Assembly (NCBI GenBank): GCA_963666205.1
Contig: OY762654.1
Location: 1,568,001-1,632,000 of the forward strand
From: Synergistales bacterium
GTDB taxonomy: Bacteria; Synergistota; Synergistia; Synergistales; JAFGMB01
DNA length: 64,000 nucleotides
Direction: 5' to 3'
Part shown: piece after piece, positions 9,008 to 18,269 of the stretch
Layout: every line of letters begins with the position of its first letter
Numbering within the stretch: the stretch's first letter is position 1
The notes under the pieces: model-generated
The model's input: the letters and a program-made list of their open reading frames with translations, nothing else
What the model was told of the DNA's origin: nothing
The model's database searches: none
Program-made: the position numbers and the translations under genes

Positions 9008-10981
9008 TCATGACATGATGGTACTTAAATTTTTCTTTCTCTTCATGAATGCCACTAGAATGGCTATACCTGCTACTGAAAAACCGATTACATCCGAGCT
9101 TACACCAGGCATCATCAGTGAGAGCGCAGAACCCAGGAATATAATCCTGAGCCAGATGGGAAGGGAAAGGAAAAGAAATCCCTCAATGCCCACCGCAAGA
9201 AGAGCTGTTCCGATAAGACCTGTGGTTGCTGCCCAGGCTATTGCTGCATGGCTATCAGATATGAGAAGTATCTCAGGCGCATATATGAAGAAGAATGGAA
9301 CGATGAATCCCGCCAGTGCCAGGCGGAAAGCGGCCCAGCCAACCTGGTTTGTATCGGCCCCCGCCATACCCGCTCCAACATATGCCGAAAGTGCAACCGG
9401 TGGAGTGACAGTGGAAAGACATGCAAAATAGAAGACGAACATGTGTGCGGGAAGGCCGTCTATTCCCATCTCTCTGAGTATGGGCACAGCTATGGAAGCA
9501 GCAATGATATAACAGGCGCTTGTAGGAAGTCCCATTCCAAGTATTATCGAAACAATCATGCTGAGGAAAAGTGTAATGAGCATGCTTCCATGGGAAAGGG
9601 CTACGATGTTATCAGCCAGCACGATACCTATTCCGGTCATGGAAAGGACCCCTACGACAAAACCGGCATTAGCCATGGCTACACTTAAACTGACACAGGA
9701 TCTGGCGGATGCAACGGACAGATCGACCAGTTCTTTTACACCCATTCTGGTCTCTTTCCTTAACAGGGACAGTATCCAGGTAAAGACACAGCAGTAAAAG
9801 GCCGCATAGATAGGAGTAAATCCCTCAAACAGAAGGAAGACCAGTACAAAAATGGGAATAAGCATATGACCGTAGGATTTAAGAGCCTGTTTCACACTAG
9901 GCATTTCTTCCCTGCAGAGACCCTTGAGCCCGATCTTTCTAGCCCTCAGGTCTATCTGGAAATATACGGCCGCAAAGTAAAGGATGGCTGGAATAAGCGC
10001 CGCTGCAGCAATAGTGAGATAGGATATGCCCAGGAATTCTGCCATTATGAATGCGCCTGTACCCATGATGGGAGGCATTATCTGCCCACCCGTAGATGCA
10101 GCCGCCTCGATTGCTCCGGCAAAATAGGGTTTATATCCCACCCTTTTCATCAGGGGGATTGTGAATGCCCCGGAAGTGGCAACGTTGGTAGCGGAACTTC
10201 CATTGATCATACCTACCAGGGCACTTGCAAATACTGCCACTTTTGCAGGACCTCCAACCATTCTTCCTCCTATGGCCATGGCGAGATCGTTAAAGAGAGA
10301 ACCCAGCCCGCTCTTCCCAAGCAGATTCGAAAAGACTATGAAGAGGACCAGGTAGGTTGATGCAATTCCTATGGGCAATCCGAAAATACCCTGGGTGGTC
10401 AGGTACATCTGGTATATGAGCCTGTGAACTGAATATCCCCTGTGAGAAAGGACTCCGGGTATGTAAGGCCCAAGATATGCATAGAGAAGAAATGTGACGG
10501 CAAGGATGAGCAGACCAGGACCTGATACCCGTCTGCATGCTTCCAGGACAAGGATTATATACATGCCCCCGAAAATAAAATCTGTGGGGACTGCCCTGCC
10601 TGCCCGGAGTGCCAGTGAATCAATGTTGAAATAGGTAAATATTGTAAGGACAACTGTCAGGGCAATAAGTCCCATATCAAGATAACTGGGACGGCTTTTT
10701 ATACTTTTACGTTTTGCAGGATAATATATCCAGACCAGGCAGAGAATAAAGCCCAGATGGATAGCCCTGTGCTGAAAAGCCGGCGGCATTCCGAACCTTG
10801 AAGTAATGAGGTGATAAGCTATAAAGATACACGACAATACGACGACGGCTGTTTTCCAGAAGCCACCCATCTTGTTACGAAATCGTGATTCCCTGTCAAC
10901 TTTTCTTAGTACTTCCTCACCATCAATTACCTCTTTCTCATCTACCGATATAAATGAATCTTCCGGAATTTTTTTCCCCAC
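9008..10981 (-). CDS. TRAP transporter fused 4TM/12TM permease
   Basis: GGPAKVAV, EAAASTGGQIMPPIMG, GMGLPT, VTPPVAL. Confidence 0.93.
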   Translation of the reverse strand: MGKKIPEDSFISVDEKEVIDGEEVLRKVDRESRFRNKMGGFWKTAVVVLSCIFIAYHLITSRFGMPPAFQHRAIHLGFILCLVWIYYPAKRKSIKSRPSYLDMGLIALTVVLTIFTYFNIDSLALRAGRAVPTDFIFGGMYIILVLEACRRVSGPGLLILAVTFLLYAYLGPYIPGVLSHRGYSVHRLIYQMYLTTQGIFGLPIGIASTYLVLFIVFSNLLGKSGLGSLFNDLAMAIGGRMVGGPAKVAVFASALVGMINGSSATNVATSGAFTIPLMKRVGYKPYFAGAIEAAASTGGQIMPPIMGTGAFIMAEFLGISYLTIAAAALIPAILYFAAVYFQIDLRARKIGLKGLCREEMPSVKQALKSYGHMLIPIFVLVFLLFEGFTPIYAAFYCCVFTWILSLLRKETRMGVKELVDLSVASARSCVSLSVAMANAGFVVGVLSMTGIGIVLADNIVALSHGSMLITLFLSMIVSIILGMGLPTSACYIIAASIAVPILREMGIDGLPAHMFVFYFACLSTVTPPVALSAYVGAGMAGADTNQVGWAAFRLALAGFIVPFFFIYAPEILLISDSHAAIAWAATTGLIGTALLAVGIEGFLFLSLPIWLRIIFLGSALSLMMPGVSSDVIGFSVAGIAILVAFMKRKKNLSTIMS

Positions 10982-11002
10982 AATACCTTTCCCCCTACTG
11001 CT

Positions 11003-12217
11003 TTAATGATCAGATCTGTATACTGAAAGAATTTCAATAAATTCTTCAACTGAAAGAAGGCCTCTTTTTGCTGCTCCCCTGGCTTTAACTTCCTGTACTA
11101 CTTTGTTGATGGTATCGTCACCCAGATCAGTTATTCCCAGACTGGAAAGCATATATTCCACTGAGGCCTTACCACTCTTCTTCCCAAGAACAATTTCCCC
11201 TGTTCTTCCGGTAAGTGCCGGGGCTACTGCGAACATGGCAAGAGGTTTTTTCATAACCAGATCTACACCTATTCCTGACTCGCGGGTGTAGTTCCTTTCA
11301 CCTGTTACAGGTTTATTACGGGCAATACTGATACCCGATATTTCTTCCACAGCCCTGCAGAGAGGAAGGATCCTGTCAAAACGATAGTCTGTATCCATTC
11401 CCAGAAGGATCTGTAACCCCATTATCAATTCCTCCAGGGCTGCATTTCCCGTTCTTTCTCCAAGGCCGTTAACACAGCTGTGGACAACCTCGGCACCGGC
11501 TGCAACTCCTGCAAGCTCAGTGGCTACTGCCATCCCAAAATCATTATGGGTATGTACTTCAACAGGAAGTCCCGTCAGGGCTTTAGCTTTTCTGACAAGA
11601 TATTTGATGGTCTCTGGAAGAGCACACCCCATGGTATCCACTATTCCTACCGAATCCGGTGATGAATCCTTCACAATCCCTGTAAACAGATTTGTAAGAT
11701 CATCATTTCTTGCCCGAGTCGTGTCATAGGGGAAATAAACCACATAAAGTCCCTTTTCCTTTGCATAATTAATGCAGCTTACGCTTTTTCGGAGAACGTC
11801 TTCCCAGGTCCATCCGAACTGGAACTTAAGCTTGGGATAACCGATGGGGATTTCTATGATCACCCCTGTACATCCGCATTCAAGGGCCTTGTCTATATCC
11901 ACAGGAAGAGCACGGGCAAAGGAAAATATCTCGGCTTTAAGCCCAAGTCCTGCGATCTCCTTTATGGCCTGAAAATCTTCTTCCGATACGGCTGGCATAC
12001 CGCCTTCAATACGGTCGACTCCCACTTCATCCAGCAAACGGGCGATCCTGACCTTGTCCTCCTTCCGAAATACAACTCCGGGAGTCTGCTCTCCATCACG
12101 GAGGGTTGCATCATGGATCTTGACCTTTTTCGGCAGTTCGAACTGTTCAAGTACTTTTTCTTCGAAATTGTAGGGACTGATGCTCCATTTATCTTCCTGG
12201 AAATATTTTTCTCTCAT
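11003..12217 (-). CDS. LeuA/homocitrate-synthase-family DRE-TIM enzyme (atypical)
   Basis: DATLRDGEQTPG, HTHNDFG, NGLGERTGNA, LGKKSG. No regulatory domain. Confidence 0.85.
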   Translation of the reverse strand: MREKYFQEDKWSISPYNFEEKVLEQFELPKKVKIHDATLRDGEQTPGVVFRKEDKVRIARLLDEVGVDRIEGGMPAVSEEDFQAIKEIAGLGLKAEIFSFARALPVDIDKALECGCTGVIIEIPIGYPKLKFQFGWTWEDVLRKSVSCINYAKEKGLYVVYFPYDTTRARNDDLTNLFTGIVKDSSPDSVGIVDTMGCALPETIKYLVRKAKALTGLPVEVHTHNDFGMAVATELAGVAAGAEVVHSCVNGLGERTGNAALEELIMGLQILLGMDTDYRFDRILPLCRAVEEISGISIARNKPVTGERNYTRESGIGVDLVMKKPLAMFAVAPALTGRTGEIVLGKKSGKASVEYMLSSLGITDLGDDTINKVVQEVKARGAAKRGLLSVEEFIEILSVYRSDH

Positions 12218-12244
12218 AGAGCCTTCACCTTTCCTTTAGAACCC

Positions 12245-12448
12245 TTACTCTTCATCCACAACAATAGCCAGGTCCGGACAGGATCTTTCGCAAAGTCTGC
12301 ACTTTATACAGTCTTCCTGCCTTGCAGGAGCCATAACGTTGAAGCCTTTTTTATTCACTTCATCGGATATTTCGAATACTTTTTTAGGGCAGAGATTCTT
12401 GCAGAGACCGCAGCCCTTGCACAATTCCTTATGCACATGTACTGCCAT
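12245..12448 (-). CDS. 2[4Fe-4S] ferredoxin, 2-oxoacid:ferredoxin oxidoreductase delta subunit
   Basis: CKGCGLC...CP and CIKCRLC...CPDLAI. SD GAGGTG. Confidence 0.9.
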   Translation of the reverse strand: MAVHVHKELCKGCGLCKNLCPKKVFEISDEVNKKGFNVMAPARQEDCIKCRLCERSCPDLAIVVDEE

Positions 12449-13322
12449 GGCAGTCACCTCTTATCTGTCTGATTATCTCGACTATTTCCTGGGGAGTCCT
12501 TGCTACGCGGGCCCCTGCCTCTTTGAGTCTCGAGATCTTTGACTGGGCGGTACCTTTGTTGCCCTGGACTATGGCTCCGGCATGACCAAGGGATTTCCCC
12601 TCTGGCGCTGCCCTTCCCACTATCATGGAGACAACGGGTTTGGTCACATGCTCCGCAATGAAATCGGCGGCGTCTTCTTCCATAGTGCCTCCTATCTCTC
12701 CCAGAAGTATTATTACCTCCGTCTGGGGGTCATCCTGGTAGAGTTTTATGGCATCCCTCTGGGTCATCCCCCAGAGAGGTCCTCCTCCGAGAGCTATTAC
12801 GGTGGACTGACCTATTCCCGCTTCTGTAAGGCTTTTACCCACTTCATAGGAAAGGGCTCCGCTTTTGGATACGATGCTCACATTTCCTTCCCTGTACATC
12901 ATGGGAGGATGGGCTCCAAGCTTGCATTTGCCAGGTGCTATCATGCCCGCCGTTCCCGGTCCGAGTATGCGGGTCCCTTTCGCTTCCGCATAGGTGAGGA
13001 TCTCTATCACATCATGGGCGGGTATCTCCTCCATGGTCAGGACGAGGAACTTTATTCCGCTGTCAATGACTTCAAAGGATGAATCCTTCACAAACCGTGC
13101 AGGGACAAAGCTTATGGCCGCATCTATACGGTGTTCTGCTGCTGCTTCCCTGACAAGGTCGTAGACGGGTATTCCGTCCAGTTTCTGTCCTCCCTTGCCG
13201 GGAGTCACTCCCGCTACTATCCTGGTTCCGTATTCTTTCATGACCCTGGTCTGGAGGGCTCCCGATTTTCCGGTTATTCCAAGGACCAGTACGTTGGTGT
13301 TCTCATTTATAAGTGCTGACAC
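12429..13322 (-). CDS. sucD: Succinyl-CoA synthetase-like ADP-forming CoA ligase, alpha subunit
   Basis: GITGK, AGVTPGKGG, SKSG.L.YE, LGEIGG, and the phospho-His motif GHAGA. Confidence 0.85.
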   Translation of the reverse strand: MSALINENTNVLVLGITGKSGALQTRVMKEYGTRIVAGVTPGKGGQKLDGIPVYDLVREAAAEHRIDAAISFVPARFVKDSSFEVIDSGIKFLVLTMEEIPAHDVIEILTYAEAKGTRILGPGTAGMIAPGKCKLGAHPPMMYREGNVSIVSKSGALSYEVGKSLTEAGIGQSTVIALGGGPLWGMTQRDAIKLYQDDPQTEVIILLGEIGGTMEEDAADFIAEHVTKPVVSMIVGRAAPEGKSLGHAGAIVQGNKGTAQSKISRLKEAGARVARTPQEIVEIIRQIRGDCHGSTCA

Positions 13323-13324
13323 GG

Positions 13325-14452
13325 TTATTCCCTCCCTGCCATCTCGACGGATGTCTTTACTGCCTCAAGAAGGTCACGGCATATAGGAAGGCCTGCCGCC
13401 TTCATTATCTTTTCCCCTTCTTTTTCAAGGGTTCCGCACATCCTTACGGCAAGAGGAAGCTCAAGTCCCTTCTCATCACGGTAACGGACTATACCTTCTG
13501 CCATTTCGTCCATGCGGTTGAATCCTCCGATAAGGACAACCAGAAGACTCTTTACTTTCGGATCTTCCAGTACCCTCTCCAGAGCGCTGTACATTATCTC
13601 GGGACTGGTCAGCCCTCCCATTTCACAGAAACAGGCGGCTTCCCCTCCTGCATCCCTTATGAGATCCAGGGTGAGCATGCCCGTTCCGGCACCGTCAGAG
13701 ATGAGTCCCACTGAGCCGCTGTCAAGGGGTACGTAGGTTATGGTGTCGTCGCTATCCTCCTCGAAGTTGTCTCCCATGAGAGCCCGGTTCTCTTCGGTGA
13801 GGTTTTCATAGAGTCCCTTCTGCCTTGCCTTTGCCTTGTCATCCAGTACTACCTTGGCATCAAGGGCAAGGAGTCCCGACGGGGTTTCTACAAGGGGGTT
13901 TATCTCCACCAGTGAGGCATCTTTTTCTACAAATACTTCGTAAAGGTCATTGACGATCTTTCCGAGTTCCTTAACATCACTGTAACCCAGTTTTTTGGCC
14001 ATGTATCTTACCTGGTATGTAGTTATGCCCACAAAGGGATCAACAAAGAAGGTATATATCTGGTCAGGATCTTCATCGGCCACTTTTTCTATTTCCACTC
14101 CCCCTGCGGGGCTGAACATTACCATGGCACTCTTGCTGCCGGGAGGTATGGTGATGGATAGATAAAACTCCCGCTGTATTTCGGCAAGACCTTCTGCAAG
14201 AACAGCAACAACGGGGTGATCCTTGATGGTCATCCCGAGAATGTGCTTTATCGCTTCAAGTCCTTCTTCGCTGTTTTTGCAGAACCTGACCCCACCGGCC
14301 TTGCCTCTTCCTCCTGAGTAGACCTGGGCTTTTAGTACTGCCGGATATTCAATTTCCTCTATATCCGCTTCCGATGTCAGGACTTTTCCGGCGGGGACCG
14401 GAATTCCCTTTTCTCTAAAAAGTTTTTTCCCCTGAAATTCAAACAGATTCAT
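13325..14452 (-). CDS. sucC: Succinyl-CoA synthetase-like CoA ligase, beta subunit
   Basis: MNLFEFQGK, KAQV..GGRGKAGG, EINPL, ALDAK, GAG..M.TLD. Confidence 0.85.
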   Translation of the reverse strand: MNLFEFQGKKLFREKGIPVPAGKVLTSEADIEEIEYPAVLKAQVYSGGRGKAGGVRFCKNSEEGLEAIKHILGMTIKDHPVVAVLAEGLAEIQREFYLSITIPPGSKSAMVMFSPAGGVEIEKVADEDPDQIYTFFVDPFVGITTYQVRYMAKKLGYSDVKELGKIVNDLYEVFVEKDASLVEINPLVETPSGLLALDAKVVLDDKAKARQKGLYENLTEENRALMGDNFEEDSDDTITYVPLDSGSVGLISDGAGTGMLTLDLIRDAGGEAACFCEMGGLTSPEIMYSALERVLEDPKVKSLLVVLIGGFNRMDEMAEGIVRYRDEKGLELPLAVRMCGTLEKEGEKIMKAAGLPICRDLLEAVKTSVEMAGRE

Positions 14453-14455
14453 TGA

Positions 14456-15010
14456 TCATCCCTCTATATCCACAGATACTTCACCGGCCAGTTCTATGCC
14501 TGCATCTATGGCCTTCGTGTTCAGCTCATGGAACTTCTCCGGCAGCAGTTCCTTCATTGTGGAGACAAGGTCGTCCCTGCTGACAAATTGGGTAGCTCCC
14601 TGGAAGTAGCCCAGGACCACCATGTTGGCGCATATGCGGTTTCCCAGTTTTATGGCTGTTTCCGTGGCCGGAACCTCAAGTACCTTGGCCTTCGTTCCGT
14701 GAAGGTCATTCACCATATCGGGATCCACTATCAGGGTGCCTTCTTCCTTAAGGTAGGGAAGATAGCTGTCAAGGGCCGTCTGGAACATGGCGACCAGGAT
14801 ATCCTTCTTCTGGGTGGCCGGAGACATTATGGGTTTCTCGGAAATAATAAGCTCAGACTGGCACTGGCCTCCTCTTGCTTCAGAACCGTAGGACTGGGTC
14901 TGGACTGCATAGAGGTTTCTTTTCGTTACTGCGGCCGTGCCAAGGATGACTGCCGAAAGGACTATTCCCTGTCCTCCAAATCCGCAGAATCTTACGCTCA
15001 ACGGCTTCAT
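14456..15010 (-). CDS. 2-oxoacid:ferredoxin oxidoreductase gamma subunit
   Basis: GFGGQG, QTQSYG.EARGG, NMV.LG. ATGA overlap with the beta subunit. Confidence 0.92.
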   Translation of the reverse strand: MKPLSVRFCGFGGQGIVLSAVILGTAAVTKRNLYAVQTQSYGSEARGGQCQSELIISEKPIMSPATQKKDILVAMFQTALDSYLPYLKEEGTLIVDPDMVNDLHGTKAKVLEVPATETAIKLGNRICANMVVLGYFQGATQFVSRDDLVSTMKELLPEKFHELNTKAIDAGIELAGEVSVDIEG

Positions 15011-15831
15011 TCGCAATTCTCCTTTTCGTAAACCGAACTTCCAGCGAAGACCGGTTTTTTCTCGTTAACAAACTCGCCGGTCACAAATCTTTCGTCTCTC
15101 TCCTCTTCGCTGAGCTCAGCGGCTTTTCTGTCTGATATGGAATTTTCCTCTATCCATTTCATAAGGAAGGCTGGGTTGCCCGTTCCCATGGCATATCTGC
15201 CGAAGTGGGTGGGACACTGGGAGAGGATCTCTATTACTCCAAACCCTTCATGCTGAAGACCCTTTTTGATGAATCTGATCATTTCCATGGGACGGGCGGT
15301 TATGGTGCGGCTCACATAGGTCGCTCCTGCCGCTTCCGCTACCTTGCAGAGATCAAAGGGGGGTTCTCCGCTTCCATAGGGGGTGGTCATTGTAACTGCT
15401 GCTTTAGGGGTCATGGGCGCTACCTGGCCGCCCGTCATGGCAAAATTAAAGTTGTTAACCACTATCATGAGGACGTCCAGGTTCCGTCTGGCTGCCTGGA
15501 TAAAATGTCCTCCACCAATAGCTGCCGCATCTCCGTCTCCGGCAAATACGACTACCTTCGTTTCCGGCTTGTGCAGCTTGATACCAGTAGCCCACGGAAG
15601 GGTCCTGCCGTGTACTCCATGAAGGGTATCTGTCTTCATATATACGGGGATCCGGGCTGTACATCCTACTCCTGCCACGGTCACCATCTTCTCAAGATCC
15701 AGCCCGAGGTCATCCACTGACTTGAGAAATGCGTTAAGCACCTGGCCACAGCCGCAGCCGGGACAGAAGAAATGGGATCCTTCGGGCTCCCTGAAATATT
15801 TCTTCCTCAGTTCGTTTACAGGCTGGCTCAT
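15007..15831 (-). CDS. 2-oxoacid:ferredoxin oxidoreductase beta subunit (TPP-binding)
   Basis: CPGCG, G.GC, HGR, GDGD...IGG, MTGGQ..P, CPT. Confidence 0.93.
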   Translation of the reverse strand: MSQPVNELRKKYFREPEGSHFFCPGCGCGQVLNAFLKSVDDLGLDLEKMVTVAGVGCTARIPVYMKTDTLHGVHGRTLPWATGIKLHKPETKVVVFAGDGDAAAIGGGHFIQAARRNLDVLMIVVNNFNFAMTGGQVAPMTPKAAVTMTTPYGSGEPPFDLCKVAEAAGATYVSRTITARPMEMIRFIKKGLQHEGFGVIEILSQCPTHFGRYAMGTGNPAFLMKWIEENSISDRKAAELSEEERDERFVTGEFVNEKKPVFAGSSVYEKENCE

Positions 15832-16970
15832 TTCCATACCTCCCTGACTGCTGCAAAGATCTCCTCAGGGGAATGCACAAGACCCCTGTTCTTGGTTATC
15901 CTTGCTGTCCTGCAGTTTCCTCCGCATACCCTTTCAATTTCTCCTGCATATTTACCTATGTTCATCTCTACGCTGATCACCATTTTTACCTGCTTCGACA
16001 CTTCAAGGATCTGTCTTTCCGGCACTGGCCAGACTGTCTCAAGCTTTAACAGACCTGCCTTTATTCCGTTCTCTCTTGCCATTTCAACGGCGTCGAAACA
16101 GGGACGGGTCTCACTTCCGTAGGCCACCAGGACTAGTTCGGCGTCGTCCAGGTAGAATCCTTTCGTGGTACAGATCTTCTCCCTGTTTTCCGTTATCTTG
16201 CCGGTGATCCTTTTGTAAAGGCTTTCAAAGACATCTTCATCCCAGTCTATGGAACCTTCTTCCGAATGGGGATTAAGGGAATATACGGTGTGGTAGCCTT
16301 CTCCAAGGGCCGCAAAGTCCGGTACCCCATAGGGGGTGGCCTTGAAGGGCAGATATTCCTCGGGAGTGGAAGTGGTGTACTTCCTGTTCACTATCTCTAT
16401 CTCTTCCGCCCTGGGTATGTCGAGCCTTTCCCTCATCAGCGCTATGGTCGTCTCTGACATCACTATTACGGGGGTCCGATATTCTTCAGCCAGGTTAAAG
16501 GCCCTGACCGTGAAGTCGAATAGTTCCTGCACTGAGGACGGGGCAAGAACGATGAGTTCCGAATCTCCGCTGTGACCCCATTTCATCTGCATTACGTCCG
16601 CCTGAGTGGCAAAATTCTCGCCCCGGCATCTCTGTACATCAACTATTACCAGGGGTGCCTCTACTGCTACTGCATAGCCGATCCCTTCCTGCATATAGTT
16701 GAATCCTGCACTGGCCGTAGCCGTCATGGCCTTGGCTCCTGCCAGGGATGCTCCCGACAGGGCATAGATCGAACAAAGCTCATCCTCTCCCTGGAGAAAC
16801 CTCCCACCCAATGCGGGAAGCCTTTTGGACATCCTCTCGGATATTTCATTGGCCGGTGTTATCGGGTAGCCTGCAAAAAAATCGCAGCCCGCTGCCAACG
16901 CGCCTTCTACTGCTGCATAATTTCCTACCATAAAGTGAGTCCCCGTAAGAACTCGCTGCTCTTTTGTCAA
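15828..16970 (-). CDS. 2-oxoacid:ferredoxin oxidoreductase alpha subunit
   Basis: GYPITPA.EI, Q.EDE, AMTAT, VEMN.G. TTG start with SD AAAGGGG. Confidence 0.92.
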   Translation of the reverse strand: MTKEQRVLTGTHFMVGNYAAVEGALAAGCDFFAGYPITPANEISERMSKRLPALGGRFLQGEDELCSIYALSGASLAGAKAMTATASAGFNYMQEGIGYAVAVEAPLVIVDVQRCRGENFATQADVMQMKWGHSGDSELIVLAPSSVQELFDFTVRAFNLAEEYRTPVIVMSETTIALMRERLDIPRAEEIEIVNRKYTTSTPEEYLPFKATPYGVPDFAALGEGYHTVYSLNPHSEEGSIDWDEDVFESLYKRITGKITENREKICTTKGFYLDDAELVLVAYGSETRPCFDAVEMARENGIKAGLLKLETVWPVPERQILEVSKQVKMVISVEMNIGKYAGEIERVCGGNCRTARITKNRGLVHSPEEIFAAVREVWK

Positions 16971-17099
16971 TACTTTCGCCCCTTTCTGAAAAAATTAAAT
17001 TCCTGAACTCAAACAGCATCCCGGTCGTAATAAACAGGTCGATTCTTCGATACTCAAAATACAATGGAGGGTCAAAAGGAGTACCCCTTCCAATAACAC

Positions 17100-17138
17100 A
17101 AATTACCATGCACTATGTATTTTGTCAAATGTCAAATG
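17100..17138 (-). promoter_or_regulatory. Sigma70 promoter of the OFOR-sucCD-leuA-TRAP operon with an overlapping operator
   Basis: TTGACA (17128-17123), 17 nt, TAATTT with upstream TG. Contains a 24-bp element also present at 20866. Confidence 0.7.
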
Positions 17139-17168
17139 TTTAATCGTGGAGGGGAAATAGTAGTTCAG

Positions 17169-17217
17169 GAAATACACAAGAGGACAGGCTGATGAAGCCT
17201 GTCCTCTTGTGTATTTC
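17169..17217 (-). terminator. 22-bp perfect stem-loop after tctC
   Basis: GAAATACACAAGAGGACAGGCT-GATGA-AGCCTGTCCTCTTGTGTATTTC. Confidence 0.75.
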
Positions 17218-17242
17218 AATAATATTTTTAAAGTCCGGGATC

Positions 17243-18214
17243 TTACTTTGTCTGTTTGTACATACCCATATCGATGATCATTTCCATAAAGAACTTGCTC
17301 TGTTCTTTCATTAACTGCTTTGATTCTTCTGGCCCTAGTGCAAGGGGAACAGAACCGGACTCTTTCATGTACTTCTGATATTTTTCACCCTCAGCTGCTG
17401 CTTTAAAAGCCTGGTAGAGGGTTTCGACCACATCTTTCGGCGTTCCCTTGGGAGCTATGACCTGTCGATAGTTATCAATGGTGATGTTATACCCCTGTTC
17501 AATATAAGTCGGGACTTCAGGGAAGGCTTCAAGCCTTTCCTTGCTCATGACGCCCAGAGGCCTTATTTTACCTGCCTCGTATAAGGAACGACCAGTAACC
17601 GGTGCTGCCTGGCATGCGTCTACGTGACCTCCGGCAACAAGTTCAGGACCCTTTGATTCCCCGCCTGATTGACTGGCGATACGAAACTTGACACCGGCTT
17701 CCTTTTCGAGGAGAAGGAGGCCAAATCTGGTTATGGAACCCGGATTTGAGGCCGCTACAGTAATAGTTTCCGGAGCCTTGCGGGCAGCTTCCACAAATTC
17801 TTCAAGCGTTTTCCATGGCGCATCTTCCTTAACCCAGATGGCGCCTGGATCAGTGTTAAAAGTCATTATCGGTTCAAATGATTCATAACCAATTGGAATA
17901 TTGCCAAGATGTTTATGTGTGGATATGGTACCTGTTGTATTTCCAATGGTATATCCATTCGGTCTTGATTTTGAGATTTCAAGATAGGACTTGGCTCCTG
18001 AACCACCAGGCTTGTTCACAATTACGATTGGCTGTCCCAGGTGTTTCTCCGCCTCTCCGCAAAGAACCCTGCTGACCAGGTCAGATCCTCCTCCAGTGCT
18101 CCAGCCTATAAGGAACGTTACGGGTTTTGAGGGGAAATCCGCCGCTACTGCGGCACCGGCAACAAACAATACCAAAGACATTGTTAGTAATACAGTCAAT
18201 TTTGCTCTTCTCAT
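17243..18214 (-). CDS. tctC: Tripartite tricarboxylate transporter substrate-binding protein (Bug/TctC)
   Basis: Signal peptide, FP.KPV, GG.SD...R, NKPGGSG, P.VPT, APKGTP. SD AGGAGG. Confidence 0.9.
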   Translation of the reverse strand: MRRAKLTVLLTMSLVLFVAGAAVAADFPSKPVTFLIGWSTGGGSDLVSRVLCGEAEKHLGQPIVIVNKPGGSGAKSYLEISKSRPNGYTIGNTTGTISTHKHLGNIPIGYESFEPIMTFNTDPGAIWVKEDAPWKTLEEFVEAARKAPETITVAASNPGSITRFGLLLLEKEAGVKFRIASQSGGESKGPELVAGGHVDACQAAPVTGRSLYEAGKIRPLGVMSKERLEAFPEVPTYIEQGYNITIDNYRQVIAPKGTPKDVVETLYQAFKAAAEGEKYQKYMKESGSVPLALGPEESKQLMKEQSKFFMEMIIDMGMYKQTK

Positions 18215-18269
18215 TTTTCTTCCTCCTTTAAAATATTCTTCTTCATCTGTAACAGAGACTGATAGCAAC

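Noticed and set aside
12429-12457. Frameshift or fusion between sucD and the ferredoxin
   Set aside because: Both ORFs are complete and the ferredoxin has its own SD. This is an ordinary short overlap.
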